From contig OZ244991.1 in NCBI GenBank assembly GCA_965223335.1, positions 1,664,001 through 1,728,000 on the forward strand: a stretch of DNA of 64,000 bases. Direction: 5' to 3'. Positions 39,064 to 49,132 of this stretch are shown in pieces; the first letter of the stretch is position 1; each line of letters opens with the position of its first letter. The translations under genes were made by a program, and so were the position numbers. Source of the DNA: Thermodesulfobacteriota bacterium (GTDB lineage Bacteria > Desulfobacterota_D > UBA1144 > Nemesobacterales > UBA2774). The notes under the pieces were generated by a model. It worked only from the letters and a program-made list of their open reading frames with translations, made no database searches and was not told where the DNA came from.

Positions 39064-40197
39064 TTACATGCGAAAGTGCTTCAACGCCACCCTCATTTTC
39101 GATACCGAGAGTCTACGGAGTGCCTTTTTCTCAATCTGGCGTATTCTCTCTCTGGTCAGGTTGTATCTCTTTCCGATGTCGTCCAGGGTCTCGATCTGTA
39201 TGCCGTCTAATCCAAACCTCAAGCGCAGTATCTCCTCTTCCTTGGCACTAAGGAGCGATAGCGAGCTCCTAATACTGTCTCGCAACTCTTCGTCCAAAGT
39301 CATCTGATCGGGTTTAATGGCTTTTTCGTCTGCAATATGGTCATAGAAACTGGATTTATCCTCGTCAATTGGAGTGTCGAGGCTAAGGGGACTGTGGGTA
39401 AGGTTGAGTATTCTGTTTACGTATTTTAGTGGCACACCCGAGTGCTCCGAGATCTCTTCGGGACTCGGTTTTTTGTGAGTTCTGTTCGTCAGTATTGCAT
39501 TTGATTTATACACTCGGCTCGTTACTTCCAATAGGTATACCGGGACCCTAAGCGCCCCTTTTTGAACCAGTATGGCACGGGTGATCGACTGGTATATCCA
39601 CCACGAGGCATAGGTCGAGAACCGATAGCCTTTTTTGTAGTCGTACCTCTCGATGGACTTCATAAGTCCTATATTGCCCTCTTGAATGAGGTCCAGGAAA
39701 TGCAGCCCCTGATTCACATATCGCTTGGCAATGCTTATGACCAGTCTAAGGTTGGCCCTGGCAAATCTCTTTTTCAGCTCATTTGCTTTTTCGGTGTGCG
39801 CCCTGTGTTTTGCTTCGAGCTTAAGAAGTATCATCTGTTTTTTTGGGCTCAGCTTCCGCTTGCTCTGCTTTAGCTCATCTATCTTTTGCTCGATGAGTGC
39901 GGCGCGGTCGGTACACTTACTAATTTTTGCGGGTATCTCGATCTCTTGGCGTAGTGTGAGTAACGGTTCTTTGGAAATATCGTTAAAATACGAGTTTATG
40001 ATTCGGTACTGTTCGTCCGAGGTCGAAAGCCTGTCCTCTGATTCGCGATCTGAAGACCCGTTATTGTTTCCATTTTGACCTAGCGCATTTTGCTCAGCTT
40101 TGTCTTCTTCAAAATCACTTAACTCGGGTGCTTTATTATATACATCCAGGATATCGCTAGAGCCGTTCGTAGTAACTTCGGTTTGATCCATCTTCAT
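39064..40197 (-). CDS. Alternative sigma70-family factor (RpoD/RpoS-like, non-primary)
   Basis: Region 1.2 (YFNDISKEPLL), region 2 (ANLRLVISIAKRY, DLIQEGNIGLM, RFSTYASWWI), region 4 (LTRERIRQIE); divergent region 2.4/3.0. Confidence 0.9.
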   Translation of the reverse strand: MKMDQTEVTTNGSSDILDVYNKAPELSDFEEDKAEQNALGQNGNNNGSSDRESEDRLSTSDEQYRIINSYFNDISKEPLLTLRQEIEIPAKISKCTDRAALIEQKIDELKQSKRKLSPKKQMILLKLEAKHRAHTEKANELKKRFARANLRLVISIAKRYVNQGLHFLDLIQEGNIGLMKSIERYDYKKGYRFSTYASWWIYQSITRAILVQKGALRVPVYLLEVTSRVYKSNAILTNRTHKKPSPEEISEHSGVPLKYVNRILNLTHSPLSLDTPIDEDKSSFYDHIADEKAIKPDQMTLDEELRDSIRSSLSLLSAKEEEILRLRFGLDGIQIETLDDIGKRYNLTRERIRQIEKKALRRLSVSKMRVALKHFRM

Positions 40198-40294
40198 AAT
40201 TCATCCTCCAATATTAAGTTACTATTTGATATACTCGTCGATCTAAAATCCAAGAGCACTGTGCTGACTAACTCTTATCTATGGATATATATGG

Positions 40295-40309
40295 GCAACG
40301 TTTATGCCA
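40295..40309 (-). promoter_or_regulatory. sigma54-type -24/-12 promoter
   Basis: Minus strand TGGCATAAACGTTGC, close to consensus TGGCACGNNNNTTGC. Confidence 0.75.
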
Positions 40310-40391
40310 TTTAGAGCATAAAAATTATTTCCAATAAATTCAGTGCATTGCATCCACATGGTGCTAAATTCATTAAATTTAGAGGTTTTTA

Positions 40392-40430
40392 TGTGCGATA
40401 TCACACTAGTAAGATGTGTTATATCGGCTA
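40392..40430. promoter_or_regulatory. Tandem palindromic sites, candidate enhancer-protein UAS
   Basis: TGTGCGATATCACACT (40392-40407) and TGTGTTATATCGGCTA (40415-40430). Confidence 0.55.
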
Positions 40431-40548
40431 ATTTATCTTGTGTATTCGAGTATTATTTGAATCGAGACTGTAAATCTTTAATCTAAAAGCAACCTAGAGG
40501 CGTAGTGAGCTTGATATTTGCACTAATCAGCCTGTAAACTCAATCACA

Positions 40549-43080
40549 ATGGGAGAAGAACTACTTCAAATCCTCGATGCGCTTGAAAAACCAATGGTTT
40601 TTGCGAGCAAGAACAACTACTCCAACATCGATAAAGTCAAGAACCTGGACCACCTAGTATCGGACCTGGTCATTAAAGCTCTGTCACTTATAACCTCCAA
40701 TGACATTGGCCCGCTGCTTAGGTCTCTTCAAACCTCGTTCCAAGGCTATAACGACCTCGATTCGGAACAAAAAGAGGCTCGGTTAAAACAGGCGCTATCT
40801 GTTTTAGACAGCATCAGGGTCGAATTGCACTCAGACAACAAAACAGCCAACACGGATCATGACAATGTTAAGGGTGTAAAAGCCGAACACGAAGCTACAG
40901 ATGAGCGGAATAAAGCTCAGAAGAAGCCCGCCGTGGAGTCGGACGACCCCTCAACCCTATCTATACAGTACATAAAAGGGGTCGGGCCCAAGATCTCTTC
41001 ATTACTGGCCAAGCGCGGGATTGAGACGGTTGAGGACGCCCTCTTTTACTTTCCTAGGGCATATGACGACCGCAGGGATATTAAAAAAATCTCAGAACTC
41101 CGTCCCGATACCAGGGCGACTGTCATGGGCGAGATAAAACTGTCGAGCCGTGTGAAACTCAAAACTCGCTCGATCTATAAAGTCGTGATTTCGGATGGCA
41201 CAGGCATATTGTCGCTTGTATGGTTTAAGTTCAACGACAAGTACATGAGGGCGACTTTCTCTAAGGGGCAAGAGATCATACTAAATGGCGATGTAGCTCT
41301 GGGATATCGTGGCGAGCTCCAGATAATCCACCCCAAGCCCGAGGACATTGAGATATTCGATAAGGGCGATATTAATTTCGACGATCAGCTAAACTGCAAC
41401 CGCATTGTGCCGATCTACCCTCTTACCGAGGGGATTAAGCAGAGGCGCATGCGAACTATAATAAAGACCGTTTTGGATACATATGCCGGTGCACTTGCGG
41501 AGTTCATGCCGGGGGATATCATAGACAAACGCTCTCTTACAAGCTTAAACAATGCTGTTTCATTCGTGCATTTTCCACCCGACGATTCCAGTGTAGTAGA
41601 CCTTTCAGATGCCGGTTCCGTTTATGATTCCCCACCTCACAAAACACTTTGTTTCAACGAGCTTTTTTTAATTGAAGTAGGGCTTGCATTAAAAAAAAGG
41701 GATGTAACCAATATGCCGGGTATAGCCATGACGCCCACAGGGCAGTTGACCGAGAGGCTCTTGGAAACCCTTCCGTTTGAACTCACCCCGGCCCAATCCA
41801 GAGTTATTGCGGAGATCAAGGAAGATATCGAGTTCGATCGACCTATGAACCGTCTGCTTCAAGGCGATGTGGGCAGCGGCAAGACCATAGTCGCATTGAT
41901 CTCAATGCTAAGCGCGGTCGAGAGCGGGCACCAGGCGGTGCTTATGGCTCCTACCGAGATACTGGCCGACCAGCATAACAACTCGATCGGCCTTTATCTG
42001 CAGGCTCTTGGTATCGAGACACTTTTGCTAAAGAGTGCGCTCAGTAAAAAGGAAAAAGAGCAGTGCTACGAAAAGATTGCCTCGGGTGAAGCACAGGTGG
42101 TGATAGGTACACACGCGCTCATTGAGCAGAGTGTGAATTTTAAATCGCTTGGGTTGGTAGTGGTTGACGAACAGCATCGGTTCGGGGTTATGCAGAGGGC
42201 GATGCTTGTGACCAAGGGGAAAAACCCGCACCTGCTCATAATGACCGCCACCCCGATACCACGTACGTTAGCCCTTACCGTGTACGGCGATCTCGATGTT
42301 TCTGTACTAGACGGCATGCCCCCCGGCCGCAAGGCTATAAAAACAAAGGTCTATTTTGACGAGAAACGTGCGCGCGAGAGGGCCTACAAGGTGGTACGAG
42401 AAGAGGTCGAGAAGGGAAGGCAGGTATATGTTGTCTACCCTATGATAGAGGAGTCCGAGAACCCGGACTTTCAGGACTTGAAATATGCCACAGCGATGGC
42501 CACAGAGCTTCAAAACAACGTGTTTCCGGAATTCAAAGTGGGGCTTGTTCACGGACGTATGAAAACAGACGAAAAAGACGTGGTTATGAAGAGGTTTGTA
42601 GGCGGTGAGATAGATATATTGGTTGCCACCACAGTAATAGAGGTGGGAGTGGATGTTCCCAATGCGACAGTCATGGTTGTGGAGCACGCCGAGAGGTTTG
42701 GGCTTACCCAGCTCCATCAGCTGAGGGGCAGGGTAGGTCGGAGCGAGCACAATTCTCGTTGCCTGCTTATATCCTCTTATAAGCGTAGCGAAGACGCCTC
42801 CAAACGCCTTATGGTAATGGAGGGCACACAAGACGGGTTTAAGATAGCCGAGGCCGACCTCATGATCCGGGGCCCGGGAGATTTTATGGGCACAAAACAA
42901 TCCGGGGTACCTGAGTTCAGATTTGCCAACCTCCTTAGAGACACAAGGATTCTTGGGGAAGCCCGAGACGATGCATTCCAACTCATATTGAACGACCCTA
43001 CTCTAAAAAGCTATCCGGCTCTCCTGGCCGAGGTAAAGAGGAAGTGGGGCGATCTGCTCCCGCTAAGCGTGATATCCTGA
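40549..43080 (+). CDS. recG: ATP-dependent DNA helicase RecG with N-terminal extension
   Basis: MNRLLQGDVGSGKT, DEQHRFG, MTATPIPR, QLHQLRGRVGR, DGFKIAEADL.IRGPG. Confidence 0.97.
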   Translation: MGEELLQILDALEKPMVFASKNNYSNIDKVKNLDHLVSDLVIKALSLITSNDIGPLLRSLQTSFQGYNDLDSEQKEARLKQALSVLDSIRVELHSDNKTANTDHDNVKGVKAEHEATDERNKAQKKPAVESDDPSTLSIQYIKGVGPKISSLLAKRGIETVEDALFYFPRAYDDRRDIKKISELRPDTRATVMGEIKLSSRVKLKTRSIYKVVISDGTGILSLVWFKFNDKYMRATFSKGQEIILNGDVALGYRGELQIIHPKPEDIEIFDKGDINFDDQLNCNRIVPIYPLTEGIKQRRMRTIIKTVLDTYAGALAEFMPGDIIDKRSLTSLNNAVSFVHFPPDDSSVVDLSDAGSVYDSPPHKTLCFNELFLIEVGLALKKRDVTNMPGIAMTPTGQLTERLLETLPFELTPAQSRVIAEIKEDIEFDRPMNRLLQGDVGSGKTIVALISMLSAVESGHQAVLMAPTEILADQHNNSIGLYLQALGIETLLLKSALSKKEKEQCYEKIASGEAQVVIGTHALIEQSVNFKSLGLVVVDEQHRFGVMQRAMLVTKGKNPHLLIMTATPIPRTLALTVYGDLDVSVLDGMPPGRKAIKTKVYFDEKRARERAYKVVREEVEKGRQVYVVYPMIEESENPDFQDLKYATAMATELQNNVFPEFKVGLVHGRMKTDEKDVVMKRFVGGEIDILVATTVIEVGVDVPNATVMVVEHAERFGLTQLHQLRGRVGRSEHNSRCLLISSYKRSEDASKRLMVMEGTQDGFKIAEADLMIRGPGDFMGTKQSGVPEFRFANLLRDTRILGEARDDAFQLILNDPTLKSYPALLAEVKRKWGDLLPLSVIS

Positions 43081-43173
43081 GTTGATATAGTTTGGTGTAT
43101 CAAGGTCGAAGCTCTTACATTTTATATATTAATTGTATTGAGGTCATAATATTTACACCCCGGGGAAGTTGGT

Positions 43174-43887
43174 ATGAAACTGAGTGTGATAATACCTACA
43201 TTGAATGAGGCTAAGTATATTGGGGGTACAATTGACTCCATAAAAAACCGGACTAGTAACGGTGTTTATGAAATAATCGTTGTGGACTCGGGTTCAGTGG
43301 ACGCTACGGTCGAGATCGCCGAGGAGAAAGGCGCTATGATAATTGAGAACATCGGTGACGCCCCGGGAGTCTCTTCTTCCCTCAACAAGGGTGCAGCAAG
43401 AGCCCGGGGTGATGTGCTGCTGTTCCTCGATGCCGATTCTTTTGTGCCGCCGGGTTTTGACAGCTATATACGACAAGCACTCGGGGATCCCAACGTCGTG
43501 GGGGGTGCGTTCGAATTTTCATTGGATGGCGACGAGTTCGGTCTTAGAGTGGTGGAGCTAATAAACCGTATCAGGTATAGGATTAGAAAACGGTTTTACG
43601 GCGACCAGGGCATATTTGTCAGGGCCAGCGTGTTCAATAAAGTAGGGGGCTATCCCTCAAGGCGCATACTCGAGGCTGCATATATGTGTGCGAAACTGCA
43701 ACAATCAGGTGAGCTAAAACTTGTTAAGCAAAACATGCTTACATCCCCCAGGCGTTTTATCCAGGGCGGGGTATACACCGTACTCTTAACCGATATAAAG
43801 ATATGGTTTTTGGACCTGCTCGGATTTGATGTAGAAAGGTATGCTTCCGATTACTGGTCCGAGAATGTTGCCAGGGGGAAATCGTAG
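43174..43887 (+). CDS. GT2 glycosyltransferase, TIGR04283-like
   Basis: SVIIPTLNE, LLFLDAD, YGDQGIFV, TSPRRF. Confidence 0.8.
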   Translation: MKLSVIIPTLNEAKYIGGTIDSIKNRTSNGVYEIIVVDSGSVDATVEIAEEKGAMIIENIGDAPGVSSSLNKGAARARGDVLLFLDADSFVPPGFDSYIRQALGDPNVVGGAFEFSLDGDEFGLRVVELINRIRYRIRKRFYGDQGIFVRASVFNKVGGYPSRRILEAAYMCAKLQQSGELKLVKQNMLTSPRRFIQGGVYTVLLTDIKIWFLDLLGFDVERYASDYWSENVARGKS

Positions 43888-43895
43888 ATACTCAA

Positions 43896-45179
43896 TCAGC
43901 CTTCAATGAGCAATGTCTCGGGTTCTTCGATCAGCTCTTTTATCTTTACCAAGAACTGCACGGCTTCACGGCCGTCCACGATCCTGTGGTCATAGCTAAG
44001 CGCCACATACATCATAGGGCGCACCGTGATCTGGTCATCCACCACCACAGGGCGCTTTTCTATTTTGTGAAGTCCCAGTATCCCCACCTGAGGAGGATTT
44101 AATATCGGGGTGCTCATAAGCGAGCCAAACACCCCGCCGTTTGTAATAGTGAACGTCCCACCCATCAGGTCTTCTAATGTAAGGTCATTGTTCTCGGCTT
44201 TCTCCGCAAACTCGCGCACACCCTTTTCTATCTCTGCAAACGTCATGGTGTCGGCGTCCCTAAGCACTGGGACCACAAGCCCCTGCGAGGCCCCTATTGC
44301 AACCCCTATATCGTAGTAATTCTTCAGTATTACATCGTCCCCGTCTATCTCGGCGTTTATGTAGGGGAAAGCCCTAAGCGCACCTACCGATGCTTTTACA
44401 AAGAACGACGATAACCCTAGACTGACCCCGGTCTTCTCTTTAAACGCTTCTTTACGCCTTTTACGCAGGTCCATCACCGCACTCATATCGATCTCGTTAA
44501 AGGTCGAGAGCATGGCCGTGGTTTGCGAGGCTTCAAGCATCCTCCGTGCAATTGTCCGTCGTCTTCTCGACAGTTTTATGCGCTCTTCCCTGGCGGCCCC
44601 CGGTCTCGTGAGCAAAGGCAGAGGCGAATCCTGCGGTGCAGAGAGGTGTGTATCTTTACGCAGCGGTTCCACGTTGTTTGGAACCGGAGGTTCGGGCACA
44701 GATCTGCTTTCGATAAATTTATTTACGTCTTCTTTCGTGATCCTGTTACTGGTCCCTGTAGGTTCTATCTGGCTTATATCTACTTTGTTTTCTTCTGCTA
44801 TACGTTTTGCTACGGGAGTTATTTTTTGGTCCTCTACAGATGAAACAGTGGGTGTGGGCTCGGGTATATCTTGGGTCTTGGGAGCCTCCTCTGTTTTCTT
44901 AGGTTCCGGGGCTTTTATGTCACCCACGTCTCCTACCTCGATCACCCCCAGCACATCCCCTACCTCAACATCTTCGTTCTCCTGTCTTTTGATGGAGGTT
45001 AAAATTCCTTCTTTCTCGGCTGCTACCTCAAAGTTGGCCTTCTCGGTCTCAAGCTCTACCAGTGCGTCTCCGATACGCACTGGGTCGCCTACGTTCTTAA
45101 GCCACTTCACAACCGTGGCTTCCACTACCGATTCTCCCAGCTCGGGCACAGTAAACTCAACACTCATTATAAACCTCAC
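43896..45179 (-). CDS. sucB: 2-oxoglutarate dehydrogenase E2 (dihydrolipoamide succinyltransferase)
   Basis: VPELGESV, lipoyl ETEKA, TNGGVFGSL.STPILNPPQ, YDHRIVDGREAV. Confidence 0.95.
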   Translation of the reverse strand: MRFIMSVEFTVPELGESVVEATVVKWLKNVGDPVRIGDALVELETEKANFEVAAEKEGILTSIKRQENEDVEVGDVLGVIEVGDVGDIKAPEPKKTEEAPKTQDIPEPTPTVSSVEDQKITPVAKRIAEENKVDISQIEPTGTSNRITKEDVNKFIESRSVPEPPVPNNVEPLRKDTHLSAPQDSPLPLLTRPGAAREERIKLSRRRRTIARRMLEASQTTAMLSTFNEIDMSAVMDLRKRRKEAFKEKTGVSLGLSSFFVKASVGALRAFPYINAEIDGDDVILKNYYDIGVAIGASQGLVVPVLRDADTMTFAEIEKGVREFAEKAENNDLTLEDLMGGTFTITNGGVFGSLMSTPILNPPQVGILGLHKIEKRPVVVDDQITVRPMMYVALSYDHRIVDGREAVQFLVKIKELIEEPETLLIEG

Positions 45180-45186
45180 CTCTGTC

Positions 45187-48003
45187 TTAGACGTTCTTTA
45201 CCCAGATTATACCTGTATCCTCTATATTAGGCATTTCAGTATTAACAGTGTAAGCCTGACGTATAAGGGTTTCCTGATTGATCTTGTGCATTGATGATAA
45301 ACCCTCGGCGGGGCTTGAATTGCGTCGTCTGCCTATGTAGTGAAGCGGGAAACGCCTGGCTATAATTCGGCGAAGCCTTGGGATCATAAACTCCCAGGCA
45401 CCCATGTTTTCCGGCTCTTCCTGCAGCCAAACGAGCTCTTTTGCACCGGTGTAGTTCTCTAATATCTCTTCTATGAGCTCGGCCCTAAGCGGATACAACT
45501 GCTCAATGCGCACAATTGCAACGTCCTTACGCTTCTCTCTCAGTTCATTGTTGATCATATCTATGTATATTTTTCCGCTGCATAGAATTATGCGTTTTAC
45601 CGACTTGGGCGATTTTGACGCAACCGGGTCATCAATAACCGGAAGCCACATACCCTCCGATAGATCCCCTAGCGACGAGAATACAAGCGGGTTTCGCAGC
45701 AGTCCTTTGGGGGTGAGCACGATAAGCGGTAGCGGGTCCTTTTCCAGGACCACAGCCTGGCGTCTAAGTAAATGAAAGTACTGTGACGCGGTGGTGCAGT
45801 TAGCTATCCTCATGTTAATCTCGGCCGCCGATTCCAAAAACCTCTCAACCCTACCGCTCGAGTGATCCGGGCCCTGCCCCTCATAAGCATGTGGCAATAG
45901 CAGGATCAGCGAAGGGGTCTGCCCCCACTTTGCTCTGGCCGAGACCAGATACTCGTCAATTATGGTCTGTGCACCGTTTATGAAATCGCCGTACTGGGCT
46001 TCCCATATCACAAGCCTCTTTGGCTCCTGTATGTTGTATCCGTACTCAAACCCTATGCATGAGTTCTCTGAGAGCGGGCTGTTGTAGATCTCGAAGGCTG
46101 CTTTAGCCTGGGGTATTGCTTGCAGTGGTGTGTAGGGTTCCCCCGTTTTAGAGTCGTATATAACGGAATGGCGGTGGCTGAAAGTGCCACGGTTTGTGTC
46201 CTGCCCGGTTATTCGAATCGATGTGCCGTCAGCTAATATTGAGGCAAATGCCAGGTCTTCTGCCATCGCCCAGTCAATAGTGTTCTCGTTTTTGTTCTCA
46301 AGTGCATTTCTTCGTTTTTCCCACCCACGCTTTAGCTTGCTGTTTATGGCAAAACCCTGGGGCACTTCCAATAGTGCGCTGTTTAGTTGCTTTAACACAG
46401 CGGCTTTTACCTTGGTTTTAGCCTTAAGTGCGTAGGCAGAGCGCGGGGGTTTCTGTTTGGATTCGCTCGGTTTGTCCGAGGGGCCGATTGACTCGAAATC
46501 ACGGTGTAGTGTCTCGTTAAATTCTTCTATGAGTTTCTGGGGCTCAGAGGGGTCAATTATTTTTCTTTCAATCAGCGTATTTGCCCATAACTCTCTTACA
46601 GTAGGGTGAGTGTCGATCGTTTTATACAAGACGGGTTGTGTAAAGCTCGGTTCATCAGCCTCGTTATGGCCGTGGCGTCTGTACCCTACCAGGTCTATCA
46701 GAAAATCTTTGTGAAACTTCTGAATGTATTTAAAAGCAAGCCTCGCTGCTTCAATGCAAGCCTCGGGATCGTCGGCGTTTACGTGTACTATGGGGATCTC
46801 AAACCCCTTAGCCAGGTCACTTGCATATAGTGTGCTCCTCGAGTCCTCGGGATGGGTGGTGTACCCAAGCTGGTTATTAGTAATTATGTTAAGGGTCCCA
46901 CCCGTTTGATAACCGCGTAGCCTAGAGAGGTTTAACGTCTCTGCCACTATGCCCTGTCCCGGAAACGCTGCATCACCATGAACTATAATGGGAAGCGATA
47001 CCGCAGGGTCGAATATCGGTTCGCCCGGCTGGTCAACATTTGTGCCGGCCGCACGTGTCATCCCCTCGACAATTGGGTTTACGGATTCGAGATGGCTTGG
47101 GTTCGGTGCCAGCGTGATCATCATTTCGATAGGTTTTCCGTTATGCACCGCGAGCCTTGCCCCTTCATGGTATTTAACATCACCAGTCCAACCCATATAA
47201 TCTCCAAACACCCTTTTTAAAATGGGGTCTTTGAACTTAACCAGTATGTCTCTGTAGGGTTTGTTCATCACATGGTGTAGGACGTTTAATCTGCCCCTGT
47301 GCGCCATACCGAGCACGATGTTGTGTATGGCTGACTCGGCTGCCATACCAACGATCTCTTTTAACATGGGCACAAGCATGTCCACACCCTCTATCGAGAA
47401 GCGAAATTTGCCTGGGAAGATCCTGTGGAGGAACCTCTCGAGAGACTCTACCTGTGTTAGGTTTTGTAGCATCAATTTTTCATTAATAGGCTCATTCGGG
47501 GGTCGAAACCACCCGAGTTCGGCTGCGGATCTAAGCCATTGTCTTTCTTCGGGCTCGTAAATATGATCATAGTCGTACCCTGTGGTAGAGCAATACACAG
47601 ATCTAAGTTTCTCGATGGTCTCAAGCGCGTTTGTAGAAGCACTGCCTTTCACAATGGGTCCCCCGATCAAACCCGATGGCAGGCTGTTTAAGTCTTCATT
47701 GGTTATAAAGTGGTTTTCCGGATGTAGCGACGGGTCCCCGGGGGGCTCTGAGCCCAGCGGGTCTATGTTGGCGTTTAAGTGACCGAAAGCCCTTATAGAT
47801 TGGGCTAAGTTCACAGCACCGACAATACTGTTTATTTGGGTTGTGCTTATCTGGAGTTCAAAATTGCCGCCTGGGTTTAGCTTCCAGCGCTCGAATAATT
47901 TTCTAGCTTTCGGGTCTACTGAGTCGGGGTCTTTTTGGAAGGATTCATAAAGTTCTATTATATATGCTGAGTTAGGGCCGTGAAACACCTCGTTAATATT
48001 CAT
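45187..48003 (-). CDS. sucA: 2-oxoglutarate dehydrogenase E1
   Basis: GMAHRGRLN, GDVKYH, HGDAAF.GQG, RGTFSHRH, WEAQYGDF, GQGPDHSS. Confidence 0.96.
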   Translation of the reverse strand: MNINEVFHGPNSAYIIELYESFQKDPDSVDPKARKLFERWKLNPGGNFELQISTTQINSIVGAVNLAQSIRAFGHLNANIDPLGSEPPGDPSLHPENHFITNEDLNSLPSGLIGGPIVKGSASTNALETIEKLRSVYCSTTGYDYDHIYEPEERQWLRSAAELGWFRPPNEPINEKLMLQNLTQVESLERFLHRIFPGKFRFSIEGVDMLVPMLKEIVGMAAESAIHNIVLGMAHRGRLNVLHHVMNKPYRDILVKFKDPILKRVFGDYMGWTGDVKYHEGARLAVHNGKPIEMMITLAPNPSHLESVNPIVEGMTRAAGTNVDQPGEPIFDPAVSLPIIVHGDAAFPGQGIVAETLNLSRLRGYQTGGTLNIITNNQLGYTTHPEDSRSTLYASDLAKGFEIPIVHVNADDPEACIEAARLAFKYIQKFHKDFLIDLVGYRRHGHNEADEPSFTQPVLYKTIDTHPTVRELWANTLIERKIIDPSEPQKLIEEFNETLHRDFESIGPSDKPSESKQKPPRSAYALKAKTKVKAAVLKQLNSALLEVPQGFAINSKLKRGWEKRRNALENKNENTIDWAMAEDLAFASILADGTSIRITGQDTNRGTFSHRHSVIYDSKTGEPYTPLQAIPQAKAAFEIYNSPLSENSCIGFEYGYNIQEPKRLVIWEAQYGDFINGAQTIIDEYLVSARAKWGQTPSLILLLPHAYEGQGPDHSSGRVERFLESAAEINMRIANCTTASQYFHLLRRQAVVLEKDPLPLIVLTPKGLLRNPLVFSSLGDLSEGMWLPVIDDPVASKSPKSVKRIILCSGKIYIDMINNELREKRKDVAIVRIEQLYPLRAELIEEILENYTGAKELVWLQEEPENMGAWEFMIPRLRRIIARRFPLHYIGRRRNSSPAEGLSSMHKINQETLIRQAYTVNTEMPNIEDTGIIWVKNV

Positions 48004-48265
48004 TTTCTATCCCGCTAGCCTTGTTTTAAGTTTTCAGTCTCTATGGGTGACATTTAACTATTATATTATCACATCTTTGAGTGCATTCAATTAGGCGGAC
48101 CTATCCTGCAGGCATGGAAAAATCGCTGCCCGCTACCAGACGGCTTGTGTAAAAAGTAGAAAATAATTTAATTATCTAGGCTGGTTGTACTCTTCCTGGT
48201 TGTCCTAATCGATAAGGCTTAACTATGGGGTAAGTCACATGGGCATAGTTCCACCTATGTGTGCT

Positions 48266-49132
48266 TTACCCCATAAATTTATGCATGGTTTTTTTGTACT
48301 CTTCTATGGTTTCCTTTTGTACAACAGCCTGGAGCGCGGGGACTGTTTTTTCGGGGTTAAGCACCAGTGATTCCAATGACGGGTGCTCTGAATGATACAG
48401 TAGCCCAATCGGTATACGGCCATCATCTAGGATCCGGTGTAGATTAGTGTAAACCTCTGTTCGATTGCTCCTGTCGTAGTTCTCATCGTTCTCTACGTTG
48501 TACACCTTGGCACGCCACTCTCTGTGTGTGTCGTGGTATGTAACGCAGGGCGACAGCACCTCGAGGAATGCAAATCCTCTGCCGGCCTTTGTGTGTTCGA
48601 GTGCAGAGATCATCAACCTCTCCAGCTGCTCCGGATTCCCGCTGAACCCACGTGCCAAAAAAGTGGCGGATTTAAAGCTGAGGCCTAGAATTATGGCGTC
48701 TAAATCTTCCTCGGCATTGCCTTTATAGCCTGTTGGACTAGTGGGGGATGGTTGCCCCTTGGTTAGTCCATAAGTGCTGTTGTTCATAACAATATATGTG
48801 ATGCTGGGGTTACTTTTAAAGGCGTGTACCAAGTGCCCGGCCCCTATTGCAAAACCGTCGCCGTCACCGCCTGCGGCAACTACAGTAAGTTCGGGGTTGG
48901 CGAGCTTAGATCCTATGGCAGTCGGCAGCACCCTGCCGTGAAGTGCGTGGTAGCCGTAGCATTTGAGGTTGTTTTGTATGGTACCGGAACAGCCTATGCC
49001 GGCGTGGAGCATTAAATCATGTGGTTCTATACCCAGTTTGGAAAGAGACTTCTCGAGCACTCCCTGCACAGCAAAGTCACCGCATCCTGCGCACCATATG
49101 GGTCTTGCGGGTGTGAAAGTTTCTGTGCTCAT
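48266..49132 (-). CDS. 2-oxoacid:ferredoxin oxidoreductase beta subunit (KorB-like)
   Basis: WCAGCG, GIGC, LHGR, GDGD TPP motif, YGLTKGQ.SPT, SPC. Confidence 0.92.
   Translation of the reverse strand: MSTETFTPARPIWCAGCGDFAVQGVLEKSLSKLGIEPHDLMLHAGIGCSGTIQNNLKCYGYHALHGRVLPTAIGSKLANPELTVVAAGGDGDGFAIGAGHLVHAFKSNPSITYIVMNNSTYGLTKGQPSPTSPTGYKGNAEEDLDAIILGLSFKSATFLARGFSGNPEQLERLMISALEHTKAGRGFAFLEVLSPCVTYHDTHREWRAKVYNVENDENYDRSNRTEVYTNLHRILDDGRIPIGLLYHSEHPSLESLVLNPEKTVPALQAVVQKETIEEYKKTMHKFMG

Noticed and set aside
36427..40430. Genomic island integrated at tRNA-Pro
   Set aside because: No integrase and no duplicated tRNA 3' end seen downstream
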